DNA of 64,000 bases, taken from NCBI RefSeq assembly GCF_004010195.1, contig NC_057719.1, forward strand, positions 62,258,796-62,322,795, given 5' to 3'. The stretch is from Chiloscyllium plagiosum (Eukaryota). Below the pieces are notes generated by a model, which ran no database searches, was not told where the DNA came from, and was given only the letters and a program-made list of their open reading frames with translations. The position numbers were made by a program, and so were the translations under genes. Shown in pieces: positions 48,787 to 61,707 of this stretch; position 1 is the first letter of the stretch; each line of letters opens with the position of its first letter.

Positions 48787-49642
48787 AAGAGTATGAGACC
48801 AATGATTGGAGCAAACCTCATATCACTATTCGTCTGAAGAATAGTCTGAGCTGTTTCATTAACTTAAGTACCCCCTATCAGACTTGTCAAGGTACACCGC
48901 AGGTTAGTGGTATCTCCAATGAGCACAACCACGCTCGAGTCTACCCCCACTACCCTCACTCAACACTAAACGTACCTGCAATGTGAGTTCTCAAACTAGC
49001 TGCCTGCAACAATGTCAGTACTTCACTATTGATTTGGTGCCAGTCAGCCCCATGAGAAATTGGGTGCTTGTGGAATGCAGATTGGGGAATCACACAAATC
49101 TTGAGAAACATGGAAGTGCGCATTGGGGTTAGGTTTACACCCAAAACTTGGGATACCCTCAAAGCATGAGTAGAGAATTGTCATGATGGGGAGTATTGGC
49201 AATGCGTTGGATAAGCCCTTAAATTGGATAAGGCCAGCAGACATGGGAATCTACAGCCTCTCCACCATTTTGAGATGACTGATTACCAAGCTTATTAACT
49301 AGTGGGCAGCCTGGAATGTGTAAGGTCTGTTGCGTGTTCTGAGTTTCCGAAGCGAGAAGATTTTCGAGTGTTTCTCAGAGGCTGTGGCAAGGCAGCTTAA
49401 GCGTTAGAGGACTGGCCTGTCACTGGGACAATGGCCAAGCGTAGCAGTAAACCCTGTTGGAAAATGGCTGCATCTTTATAGTTCATGTAGCTCATACTTT
49501 AACATGCATGCAAATAAAGAGTACGAGTAGATCATTCAGCCCCTCAAACCTGCTCCTTAATAATGTTATAACTGATCTCAAATCCACATTACTGTCCACA
49601 CCTGATAACCTTTCACCTTTTAAAAAATTATTTATGGGATGT

Positions 49643-49990
49643 AGAGTGACACGGTGGCTCAGTGGTTAGCACTGCTGCATCATGACCAGGTTTGATTCCA
49701 CCCTTGGGAAGACTATCTGTGTGGAGTTGGCATGTTGTCCCCGTTGTCAGTGAGGGTTTCCTCCAGGTGCTCTGGTTCCTTCTCACTGTCCAAAGATGTA
49801 TGGGTTAGGTGGATTGGCCATGCTAAATTGCCCTGTAGTGTCCTGGGATGTGGAAGTTTGGTGGATTAGTACATGGTAAATGCGGGGTTATGGGTATAGG
49901 ATGGGAGATGGATGGGATGCTCTTTGAAGGACCAATGCAGACTCAATGAGCTGACCAACATCTATGTGCACTGGAGGCATTCTATGATTC
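49643..49990 (+). mobile_element. HE1-type SINE
   Basis: cacggtggctcagtggttagcactgctg, V domain, ggttaggtggattggccatgctaaattgccc, tail ttctatgattc. Confidence 0.88.
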
Positions 49991-49994
49991 AATG

Positions 49995-50680
49995 TCGGTG
50001 TTGCAAGCTGGAATAGCATTTATTGCCCATCCTTATTTGACAAGGTGGCAGTGAGTTGCTTTCTTGGATTGCTTCAGTTCAGTGGTACAGGTATCTCCAC
50101 AGTGCTGTTATGGAGGCATTTCCAGGATTTTGACCCAATGACACTGAAGGAATGGCAATACATTCCAAGTCAGGATTGTGAGAGTCAGAAGGAAAGCTTG
50201 CAGATGGTTGGACATGTGTTCCCGTGTATCTACTGCCCCTTCTCTTCTTAGATGGCAGTGATTGTGGGTTTGCTTTCCAGATGGTGGACAGACTTGAATC
50301 AGGGGGTAAGTTTTGCAGGAAAGCTCCTAGTCTCTGACCTACAGTGTAATCACAGTATTTATTTGGCGAGTCCAGTTCAGCTTCTGATCAGTGATAACCA
50401 CCACGTTGATGGTGGCAGATTCAATGCTTGTGATGCCATGGAATGTCAGAGGATGATGGCTTGATTCTCTTCTGTTGGATTTACACTTTACCTGACACTT
50501 GTGTGGTGCAAATGTTCTTTGCCACTTATCAGCCCAAGACTGGATATTGGTCAGGTCTTGCTGCATTTGAACAGAGACTGCATGAATATCTGAGGAGTGG
50601 TGTTGAACGTTGTCCAATCGTTGGCAGATAGCCCCACTTCTGACCTTGCGATAGGGATTGATGAAGCAGCTGAAGATGTT
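49995..50680 (-). mobile_element. Old CR1/L2-like LINE, RT C-terminus and 3' end with internal deletion
   Basis: ORF 50339-50617: MQQDLTNIQSWADKWQRTFAPHKCQ...DQKLNWTRQIN. Confidence 0.8.
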
Positions 50681-50699
50681 TCAATTAAACTTAACTATT

Positions 50700-52258
50700 C
50701 ATAGAACAGAGAACATTACAGCGCAGTACAGGCCCTTTGGCCCTTGATGTTGCACCGACCTGTCATACCAATCTGAAGCCCATCTAACCTACACTATTCC
50801 ACGTACGTTCATATGCATGTCCAATGACGACTTAAATGTACTTAAAGTTGGTGAATCTACTACCGTTGCAGGCAAAGCATTCCATACCCTTACAATTCTC
50901 TGAGTAAAGAAACTATCTCTGACATCTGTCAGATATCTATCACCCCTCAATTTAAAGCTATGCCCCCTCGTGCTCGCCGTCACCATTCTTGGAAAAAGGC
51001 TCTCCCTGTCCACCCTATCTAACCCTCTGATTATCTTATATGTCTCTATTAAGTCACCTCTCAACCTTCTTCTCTCNNNNNNNNNNNNNNNNNNNNNNNN
51101 NNNNNNNNNNNNNNNNNNNNNNNNNNNNNNNNNNNNNNNNNNNNNNNNNNNNNNNNNNNNNNNNNNNNNNNNNNNNNNNNNNNNNNNNNNNNNNNNNNNN
51201 NNNNNNNNNNNNNNNNNNNNNNNNNNNNNNNNNNNNNNNNNNNNNNNNNNNNNNNNNNNNNNNNNNNNNNNNNNNNNNNNNNNNNNNNNNNNNNNNNNNN
51301 NNNNNNNNNNNNNNNNNNNNNNNNNNNNNNNNNNNNNNNNNNNNNNNNNNNNNNNNNNNNNNNNNNNNNNNNNNNNNNNNNNNNNNNNNNNNNNNNNNNN
51401 NNNNNNNNNNNNNNNNNNNNNNNNNNNNNNNNNNNNNNNNNNNNNNNNNNNNNNNNNNNNNNNNNNNNNNNNNNNNNNNNNNNNNNNNNNNNNNNNNNNN
51501 NNNNNNNNNNNNNNNNNNNNNNNNNNNNNNNNNNNNNNNNNNNNNNNNNNNNNNNNNNNNNNNNNNNNNNNNNNNNNNNNNNNNNNNNNNNNNNNNNNNN
51601 NNNNNNNNNNNNNNNNNNNNNNNNNNNNNNNNNGACCCTTGTGGTACACCACTAGTAACTGGACTCCAGAATGAACATTTCCCATCAACCACTACCCTCT
51701 GTCTTCTTTCAGGAAGCCAATTACTGATCAAACTGTTTTATCTCCCACAATCCCATTCTTCCGCATTTTGTACAATAGCCTACTGTGGGGAACCTTATCG
51801 AACACCTTGCTGAAATCCATATACATCACATCAACCAGTTTACTCTCATCTACCTGTTTGGTCACCTTCTCAAAGAACTCAATAAGGTTTGTGAGGCACG
51901 ACCTACCCTTCACAAAACCGTGCTGACTATCCCTAATCAAATTATTCTTTTCTAGATGATTATAAATCCTCTCTCTTATAACCTTTTCCAACAACTGAAG
52001 TAAGGCTGACTGGTCTATAATTACCAGGATTGTCTCTACTCCCCTTCTTGAACAGGGGGACCACATTTGCTATCCTTCGGTCTTCTGGCACTATTCTTGT
52101 AGACAATGACAATTTAAAGATCAATGCCAAAGGCTTGGCAATCTCCTCTCTGGCTTCCCAGAGGATCCTAGGGTAAATCCCATCTGGCCCAGGGGATATC
52201 TGTTTTCACATTCTGCAGGATTTCTAATACCTCTTCCTTGTGAACCTCAATCACACCT
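50700..52258 (-). mobile_element. CR1 (HER1-like) LINE, RT to 3' end, spanning a gap
   Basis: QHGFVKGRSCLTNLIEFF...MDFSKVFDKVPH; VTSGVPQG; RRLRGDLIETYKIIRGLDRV; same family as 20722-23000. Confidence 0.95.
51077..51633. other. Assembly gap (N run)
   Basis: Run of N. Confidence 1.
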
Positions 52259-52261
52259 AGT

Positions 52262-54560
52262 CCAGTTCATCTCTACCTTAAATATATTTAAAGACTTTCT
52301 CCCCCTCCACCCCCCAACTTCTCAGGATATGTTTCAAAGGATCCCAGTCCTCTCTGAGTCAAGGTTTCACTTCATCTCTATTTTAAATGGATCTTTCTTA
52401 ATTCTAAACAGTGATATCTAATTCTAGATTTTCCAATAAGGCAAAACCTCTCATAAGAATATGTTTCAGTTAAATCGCCTCTTACTCTTACAACTCCAGC
52501 AGATGCATCCAGAGGCTGTCCAACTCTTCCTTGAAAGACAACCAGCTCATTCCAGTTATTGTCTGGTAAACCCTCTCTGAACTGCCTCCAATCCATTTAT
52601 ATCCTTCCTTGAATAAGGTGACCAATACTGTACACGGTACTCCAGATGCAGTCTCACTGGTGGTCGATATAACTGAAGCATAGCCTCCTTTCTTTTGTAT
52701 TGAAATCCCTTTGCAATAAGTGATAACATTCCATTAGATTTTATAATATTTTGCAGTACCTGCATTCTAACCTGTTGCAATTCATGGATGAGGATTGTTA
52801 GAGCCCTCTAAATCTAAGTTTCGCAATCTCTCAATATTTTAATAATATGCTTCTTTTCTAACCATGATACTCAATTTGCAAGATATTTGCCTTTTCACTT
52901 AACCTGCCAATATCTATTTGGAGTGTCCTTGTGCCCTCTTTGAAGCTTACTTCCCTAACTTTGTGTCCCCAGCAAAATTAGCCACCATTGCTTCATCCAA
53001 GTCATTGATATAAAGTCTTAACAGATGAGGTCATAGCACCAATCCTGTGGCACCTGAAAAACAAGGTTATTTCTGCCTACTTTCTGTTTCCTGTTTGGCA
53101 GCCAGTCTTTAATCCATGTATATATTCTACCTCTTGCACCAAAAGCTTCTATTCCGCAACAGCCTTTGAGATGGCACCTTATTGAATGCCTTCTGGAAAC
53201 CCAAGTACAATACATTCTCCAGTTTCCCTTTATTCACAGTACATGTTTGCCCAAAGAACTGTAATAGATTGGTTAAATATGATTATCTCTCACAAAACCA
53301 GGTTGACTCTGTCTGATTACCATGGATTTGTGTTGGTTCCCTGCGAAAACCTATTTTAATAGTAGCTTCTAACTTTTTTCCCTATCACAGATATTCTGTT
53401 TTAGTTTCTTCCTTCCTGCCTCCTTTGAATAAAGGAATTTATGTTGACTATCTTCAAACTTAATGGGATCTTCCCTGCCTCACGGGAATTTTGGAAAATT
53501 AAAAACAATGCATTGATTCTGCCAGTGGCCACCTTTTTGAACACCTCAGGATGAATTTCATCAGGATGTTCCTTATATCCTCTATTGTGAAGACTGGCTG
53601 ACATAAAATACCTGTTCAATTCATCTGCTATCTATGTTCCAAAATTAATTCTCCAGACTTAGTTTCTATTGCACCAGTACTCACTATGTTAAATCCTTCA
53701 TTATTTAAAAAGCTATGCAAACTCTTAAGATCTGTTTTTGTATTTCCAACTAGCTTTCTCTCGCACTCTATTTTTCCCCCTTTTTTGGACCTTAGTTTGG
53801 TTTTCTGCTTTATTCAAACTTCTGATCTGTCACCTGTCTCTGTATAATTATATGCCTTTTTTTTAAGTTTGAATTTTTCTTGAATATTTCTCTTAACATG
53901 GATGGTGAGTCCATTTTTGTGAATTTCCCTTGTTGGAATGGAACTATTCTGTATATTCTGAAATATCCCTGTAAATGTCTGTCACTGCATTTCAATTCAC
54001 CTGTTCTTCATTCTAATTTGCTAATTCACTTCAGTCAGCTCTGCTTTTGTCACCTCATAATTGCCCTTATTAAGTTTAAGAAAATAATCTCAAACCTACT
54101 CCTCTTGCTCAAACTGAATGCAAAGTCCATTAATATTATGGTCGTTGTTACCTAAAAGTGCCTTCACTTTGAGATTCTTAACTAATCGTATCTCATTGTA
54201 CCGTACCAAGTCGAGTGCAGTTTGCTGTTTTGGTGGTTCAGAACATACTGTTCATAGAAACAATTCTGAAAATGTTCTACAAATTGTCATATTTGCCCAT
54301 CTGATTTTTTCACGTGCCGATTGAATTCGCCCATAATTCTCACTGTGTCTTTCGGACATGCTCCTATTGTTAACTTGACGCACCGCATTAGTTATTGTTC
54401 AGAAGCCTGTACACCTCTCCCACAAGTGACTTCTTACTTTTATCATTTTTCATCTCGACTCACTGTGTTTCCACATCCTGGTCTTCTGAATTTAGGTCAT
54501 GCCTCTCTACCGTGCTCATGCAACCATTAAGTACAGAGCCAGCCCGCTAACAATTTTCCT
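52262..54560 (-). mobile_element. Older, heavily decayed CR1 LINE ORF2
   Basis: LQLYRPPVRLHLEYRVQYWSPYSRKDI...VQRGFTR; WIKDWLPNRKQKV; PDEIHPEVFK in the minus-strand ORFs. Confidence 0.85.
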
Positions 54561-54754
54561 ATTAGGTTTCTAATAGATTTCCCCTCACTGTTAGAAATTC
54601 CAGTGAATATAGTCCGAACCAATCCAATCTCTTTTCATACGTCAGTCCTGTCATCTCAGTCGGTAAGTTTTCACGGCTATATGTCAATAGTCAGAACAAC
54701 CTTCCTCAGAGAAGGAGCCTAAAATAGCAAGTGTCCATTTTTGCAAGTAAGAAC

Positions 54755-55070
54755 TCATAGAATCAATCAGTACAGAAGAGGCCCTTTTGGCCCACTGAGT
54801 CAGTCTTGCCAAAAATATACAACTACCTACACTAGGCCCGTATCCTTGAATATTATGAGACTTTGTGCTCATCCAAGTACTTTTTAAAGGTTGTTCGGTT
54901 TCTCACCACAACTGACCTCCCAAGAGTGCATTCCAAATTCCACTCCCCCTCTGGGTGAAGAATTTTCCTCCAATCCTCTCTGAAACTCATGCCTTTAAAA
55001 TTATGCCTCTTTGTTATTAACCCTTCTGAGGGGAACAGCTACTTTCTATTCACTCTGTCTTTGCCCTTAC
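54755..55070 (-). mobile_element. CR1 3' end fragment
   Basis: catagaatc...cagtacagaagaggcccttttggccca...gcattccaaattccactcccccctctgggtgaag-type sequence. Confidence 0.7.
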
Positions 55071-55629
55071 AATTTAACATTATAGTCTAAGGTCTTTAGA
55101 ATAAATGACATTGGTATCTTTGTCCCAATATATACATTTACATATTTATTGAAACCCGTGTCAGGAATTGTAGTATTGTAGAAAATAAGCGCACCATCAC
55201 TGTAATCGCAATCTGATATATAGAAGACGTTTTGGCCCCATTGAACAAGACCTCTCTGAAATGAGTATACCTTTTCAGCAGTAGTATTTTCTAGTCAGTG
55301 GTGGCTGCTTCGTTGGAAGTGAATTTAATTTAGAATAGCTTCATGCTGTATGCTAATTAATAGTCAGTCACCATTGCTGATGCAATCCATTTTATTCGAG
55401 AAATTGACTGTTTCTATTGAGCTGTGGAACCAGTTGATTATGAGCATCGTCAGTGAGATGAGCCCGAGAGGAGTTAAACTGGAAAGCTATTGCTGGTTTT
55501 AGAGGAGTTTTATAATAATGTGCAACAAGCTGTGATGCAGTGGTGACAAAGCCTGCTGACTTTGAATGTTGGGTCTTGGATTTAGTTTTGGTTAATCACA
55601 CAATTAGAATTGGCTCTGATGGTATCTGT

Positions 55630-56730
55630 ACCTCCTTCACTCTCTTCTCCATGTCTTCACTCAAGGGCAACTAGGGTTGGGCAATAAATACTGGCCAGCC
55701 AGCAACGCCCACATCCCGCAAGTGAATAAACAAAAGAGAACTCTGCCAGTTCAGTTAGTGGTGTTTCCAAGCTGCTTTTGATGACATTGAAGTCCTCCAC
55801 CCAGAGTAAATTCTGTGTCCATACAATGCTTCATCCAAGTAGTGCTCAACATGGAAGAGGATTGCTCATCAGCTAAGTAGCCCATGGTGCTTGATCATCC
55901 TCGCCCAGGTTTGACTTCCTGCCATGAGACTTTGTGTGGGGACCAGAGTCCTAGTTGGGTAGAGTCAGAGAAATGTACAGCATGGAAATAGACTCTTCGG
56001 TTCAACTCGTCCATGCTGACCTGATATCCTAAATTAATCAAGTCCCATTTGCCAGTGCTCGGCCCATATCCCTCTAACATCTTCGTAATCATATACCCAT
56101 CCGGATGCCTTTTAAATGTTGCCATTGTACCAGCCTCAACCACTTCCTCTGACAGCCCATTCCATACACGCACCACCCTCTGCGTGAAAAAGTTGCCCCT
56201 TAGGTCCCTTTCAAATTTTTCCTCTCTCCTCCTAAAACTATGCCCTCTAGTTCTGGACTTCCCCACCCCAGGGAAAAGACCTTGGTCTATTTATCCTATC
56301 CATACCCCTCATGATTTTATAAACCTCTATGAGGTCACTCCCCAGCCTCCAACCCTCCAGGAAAAACAGCCCCAGCCTATTCACCCCTCTTCCTGTAGCT
56401 CAAACCCTCCAGCCTTGGCAACATCCTTGTAAATCTTTGCAAAACCCTTTCAAATTTCACAATATCCTCCTAATAGGAGGGAGACCAGAATTGCACGCAA
56501 TATTCCAAAAGTGGTACTCCCAAGGCAACACCATTCTACCTGTACACTGCCATCTCTGCTGGTGGGGAAGAACATACCCAGGGCTGGTGATGGTGTTGTC
56601 AGGGTTACTATGATTCTGAGAGTATGATTATGTCAGCTTATTGCTGGATTAGTCTGTGAGACAACTCTCCCTGTCTTTGCGTGATTCCCTCGGTAGTGGT
56701 TTAAGGAGGACTTTGCAGGGCTACAGGCCT
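55630..56730. mobile_element. Old LINE fragments interrupted by a younger HER1/CR1 insertion
   Basis: Endonuclease-type sequence (gacattgaagtcctccacccagagta...catgagact) resumes after 56513 (gtactcc...ctgccatctctgctgg...catacccagggctggtgatgg). Confidence 0.5.
55960..56513 (-). mobile_element. HER1/CR1 LINE 3' end
   Basis: ORF 55895-56266: SRTRGHSF...DLRGNFFTQRVVRVWNGLSEEVVEAG. Confidence 0.92.
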
Positions 56731-58074
56731 ACATGAGACATTTTTGGTTGTGACTTCTTAATTGCCATTCAGTTGTATCAAAAGTTAAGAGTTAACCACA
56801 TTGCTGTGGATGTTGAGTACCATGACTGGCTAAGTATGGCAGATTCCTTTCCCAAAAGGACATATCGGCTGTCATGACCATCAGTAATGGTTTTGTGGTC
56901 ACCATGAAACTTTTAATTTACGAGTTCTTTCTTTCATTGAATTCCAATTCCTCTATCGACCTTGGATTTGAACTGTAATCCCCAGAACATTACCTGGCCC
57001 TCTGGATTCTTGGACTGGTGATAATAACCAATTCCCAATCACTTTCATTGTGATCGTTTTCCATCTGAGTTGCTGTCGGGGTTCTACCTGTGTCAGTAAT
57101 TTCCGACCTGCATCTTCAAAAGGCCTACCCCTGTAAGAGATGCCGATTCTGTCCATATGTTTGCTTGGAAAATGACAAAATCAGGAGCAGCAACATAAAT
57201 GGGTCATTAAGACAATTGGGATGGCATAAACAGGCTGGCCAAGTCCAAATGTTCTTCACTGAGTCACTCAGTCTCAACAAATGTTCATATTTTGTTGTTG
57301 GAAAGAATATCAAGCTGTAATGAGAGTAATTGTTCCTGTTCCTGAAGGCTAAAAAAACAAACCAAAATATGCAATTGAAAGATAATGAAAATCATCACTG
57401 TGATCGTTGTAGTGGAACAATGGTGCAGTGACATTGAAAATCATTTCCATTTTTCATTATATTCATTGATTCTTACATTCTCTAATGCTTTATTTGTCTT
57501 CCTGATGGTGCATTGCTTATTGACATGAGCATGCTGATTCCCTAATACTAGTTATAACACAAATACGAGAGGATTTACTGTGTTACTTCTACATTATCCA
57601 TCTTTCTTATTATTTATCTTTTACAGTCTGTTTCCCTTGTGCACAGATTCCATCCTTTTCTGTACTAATTTTTGTACATTCCAATTCTCTCTCTCAATTT
57701 CAACATCGTTCTTTGTGTCTCATTCACACAAAGCACATACGTGCATGCGTCTCATTGAGTTCGTTTGTCACTTCTGACCTTTTGATATAAAACTGAGATA
57801 CAGTTGTGTCTGAATATATTTGTCCATGCTTCAGCAAAAATAGCAAGAAGAACAATTTGAAGCATGCGAGTTAAACATTAACACGCCATCTTTGTAACAG
57901 GTAGGATATCTCTAGCTTAATAGGAAACTTCACCCTCATTGGATAGCAGTGCAGCATTCAGTGGGCTCCCAAGTTTAATAAACACCATTAGTTGGCTGAA
58001 GGAGTGGTGCATCAAATGAGGTGGTGAGAGGAGTTTGGTTGGAGAAGAAATCAATTGAAGACAGCCGGCACCCA

Positions 58075-58520
58075 ATCAAGCAACACTTTGATTTTTCCAC
58101 TTGGGGACCGTGCAGCCTTCTGGACTTCATATCAAGTTCAATAACTTTAGGGCTTGAGCTGTCCCATGTCCTTATCCCAACCCTCACACACTAGGCCCTG
58201 TTATCTCACAGTGTTCTACACAGCCCATTGTAAGCCACTGACAGTCCCCATTAATAGGCATTCACACTCCTTTGTCTGTTTAATTGTTATTGTCTCCATT
58301 TGAGCTCTATCCCCACCTATTGTTTACTCCGGAAAACATCCGCCCCCCACCCTATCTTCTGCATGAAGAAACATTATTTCTGATCTCTCTCCACAGATGC
58401 TGCCAGACCTGCTGAGCTTTTTCAGCAATACCTGTTTTTATTCTTGCCTTGAAACAAGCAGAAAATGCAGGTCAGTCAGTTGCTGTGGAGAGGGAAACAG
58501 TTGATGTTTTGACTCCAGTA
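58075..58520 (+). mobile_element. Decayed Penelope-like 3' fragment followed by an inverted tail piece
   Basis: About 58101-58152 translates LGTVQPSGLHIKFNNFR (GIY-YIG C-terminus); tail tctctccacagatgctgccagacctgctgag; reverse copy ctgtggagagggaaacag at about 58483-58500. Confidence 0.65.
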
Positions 58521-61259
58521 TGGCACATTTTCACACTGAGCATTTTAATTTTAAAATTATCCTTGTTTTTAAACTCCTTGCCCCCTCTACGCCTGTAAAC
58601 ACACAACTTTCTCAGATATCCATGAATTCTGACAACTTAGGCACTGCCGAGCACTGGTGGCCATGTCTTCAGTTCCTTCTTTACACTGCTCTGTTTCACT
58701 ATCCTTACCTTCCTGTTTTAAGACACATCTTAAGAACTACACGTTTGACCATCTGATCTCCTGTCCCCTTATGTGGTTTGATGTCAAACTTGATTTTACA
58801 GTGTTCCTGTGAAGTGACTGACAACAGTTCCATTCTGTTAAAGGTGGTAAATAAATGGGTTGATTTTGATATGACAACAAATAAAAATTTGAGAGGTGGT
58901 GTGTCGCAGGAGAGCTGTGGTTATTGTGTCTCACTGTTGTGCATCATGTTGCTGACCTATTAGCTAATCAATTACTTGGAAATTAAGAAGGAATTGCTTA
59001 CAAATCTGCATCTCAAATTCACAAAAGAAGTTAAGTACTTTGGCAGCCAATCGGTCAAAAGATCAACCACGGGTTACAGAATTGATGGGGAATCTGCAGT
59101 CATTATTGATTGGGTTTAATTAATTTGGTGACTACTCCTGTATAGAATAATGAACCTGTTCCTATGAGGTGGTGCTAATGATCTCTCCGCAGCTTAGCAA
59201 GGTAAAATGTAAGGATGCATTCGAAATTATTGTGATTTAGGCTTGTTTTAGGGAGTTTTGTTGATTTAAACATTTTAGGTGAGGTGGAAAAGAGGCAATT
59301 GCAAATATTTTCAGAGCATTTTGCACAAAACAGGCTGACCCATAGCACTTTGCAATCTTAAGTATTTCTGAAGTGTAATCACCGCTTTAAAGTCGAAAAC
59401 ACAGCAGCTAATTTGCAGACAGCAAGCTCCCATGACCAACAGAGAAATTAATGACCAGATAACACAATGGTGTTGATAAATATTAAATATTGGGCCATTT
59501 ACTGGTAAAAAGCTTTTTTCCCCTCCTCATTCCTTCATGTGATGGGGGAATTTTCTGGCCAATTATTGACCTTACCTCATTGCCCTTTCCTTGGTTGTCC
59601 AGTAAAGCGTCCAGAAAGTTGCTTAGGGTTTGGAGTCATACACAGGCCAGACCAGTTCAGGCCAGCAGTTTTTATTGCTTTAAAGTGAATCAGAGATATT
59701 TTACATGATTTATAATAAGCAATAATAGTTAACATGCTCACCATTACTTTGGTTCGGTTTATATTTCAGGTTGTGTGAATGTGGTGGGATTTGAACCCAT
59801 GTTCCCGGAGTGTTAGGCTGGGTCTCTTGATGATCAGTCACCACTGAACTGTAGCCAACAGTGAAAAATAGGGAGGAACCTCTGTAATAAGAAGATGAAG
59901 CAGCCATGAGTATTGGTTGCTACATGTTTCAAGTTTTACTTATATTTTCTAGCTTTATTTACCATCAATTTATCTTGCTCTCCGCCACTGGTTGCCTTTG
60001 GAATAGTACAGTAAACTTGGAAAGTAGCCGTCTATGTTGTAAAACTGACTTCAGCTTGATGTGTTGACCACTAAGCAAGGTTGAAGCATAAAATGTTATC
60101 TTTCTAAAATAACTGAAACAATCACATTTTGTTTTCTCAGCACCCATCTCAGGATTAGACTCAGCTTTGCGTATATATATGTTTCTCAAAGGCTATGTCT
60201 TCTGGTGATTTTTTTTTTGCTGTGTTTTAACAAAACGAATGTGCGAATACGGAAGCCATGTAATTATCTCTTGTTTCTTGGCTTCTGATTTTTTTTCTTC
60301 TTCTTCTTGCATGTCTCTTTTGTCTCACTGCTCTTGTTCTCTGTGTTATCACTTGCTGAGCAGGATGTGTCACAGCACACATCTGAAATCGGAGGAGGCT
60401 CAAGAATTTTTGTTCTTTTGGAAATTTGCCGTCTAATTTAAAAAAAAAACTTCTAACAAAGTATGTGGTGATTTTATTTTGTAGTAACAGTTCCTGGGCA
60501 ATACAGGGATTGCTACATAAATAGAGTGATGCTATCTTGACTGTTCATCTAAAATGTGAACTTTTTAAAACCATTCATTTTTGGAATAAGGGTGTGGCCA
60601 ACATTTAGAACCTATTTGTGCTGAGAATATAATGGATTGTCTTCCTGAGCCACTGCAGTGAAGGTGGAAGGTGTTGGTATAAACTGTGGAGCTTCCTGAT
60701 CTATTTCAGAGGGCATTAAAGAGTTAGACTGTTGTTGCGGGTCTGCAGTAATATGTTTGCCCAGGCCAGAACAGGATTTCTTTACAAAAAAAATTATGAA
60801 TATTCTTTTTAAATAATCCAAGAGAAACTGTCATGTGATATGATCTCTGATGAGAGTGGTAACTCTTTAAATATTAAATTCCCATCACCCAACACAGAGG
60901 AATTGTATACCAGAGTTTCAAGTTTTAAGACTAGTACTGTAACAAACTAAAATAAACATTGACCACTATTATTCAGTAACCAACTAAAACAGGAAGCTAC
61001 TGAAAAAATATTTGAGTAGTTTGTTCTTACAACTCTTTGCCACATTTGTGTGAGGTCAACTTCTCAGGAGATAGGCAGCTTTATGTTTCAAGTTCCAAAT
61101 ATCTGTCTATGGTTCGATGGCCTGTCTTCTCTCTGACTTATCATGTTAAATCTTCAAAACACAATCTCCTTCATTCAGTCCTCTGTGCTTACCTGAATGG
61201 ACTTTTGAGCAGCCAGCAATCGACTGGTGAATTTCTGACCTTCAACCCTCCTCAGCAAA

Positions 61260-61505
61260 GTGCGTTCTGTGAAGCAGGGGCTTTGCCCTTGCAATACTCT
61301 GCGCAGTGCCAAACTCCATTATCCCACAGAAAATATCTTCTTTATTTATCCTATCCATGCCCCTCATGATTTTCTAAACCATTCAGCCTCCAATGCTCCA
61401 AGGAAAACAGCCTATCCCTACAGCTCAAATCCTCCAACCCTGGCAACATTATTGTCAATCTTTTCTGAACTCTTTCAGGTTTCACAACAACCTTCTGATA
61501 GGAGG
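61260..61505 (-). mobile_element. Decayed HER1/CR1 3' fragment
   Basis: tatttatcctatccatgcccctcatgatttt...cagctcaaatcctccaaccctggcaacat matches 56288-56430. Confidence 0.75.
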
Positions 61506-61579
61506 ATGTTCAGGTATTAAAGCTCACCTACCTTGCTGTATATTTTGAACTGGGTCCCTGTGACAACTAGATCATGTGG

Positions 61580-61707
61580 GAGCAAGTGAGGACTGCAGAT
61601 GTTGGAGATCAGGGTCGAGAGTGTGGCGCTGGAAAAGCATAGCGGGTCAAGCAGTACCCAAGGAACAGAAGAATCGACGTTTCAGGCAAAAGCCCATCAT
61701 CAGCAAT
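61580..61707 (-). mobile_element. Penelope terminal-repeat fragment with hammerhead-like core (61672-61707)
   Basis: Minus strand: attg-ctgatga-t-gggc-tttt-gcct-gaaa-cg-tc-gatt. Confidence 0.75.

Noticed and set aside
50789..51813. 225-299-aa ORFs
   Set aside because: Gap-spanning; the real residues are CR1 ORF2 or its antisense.
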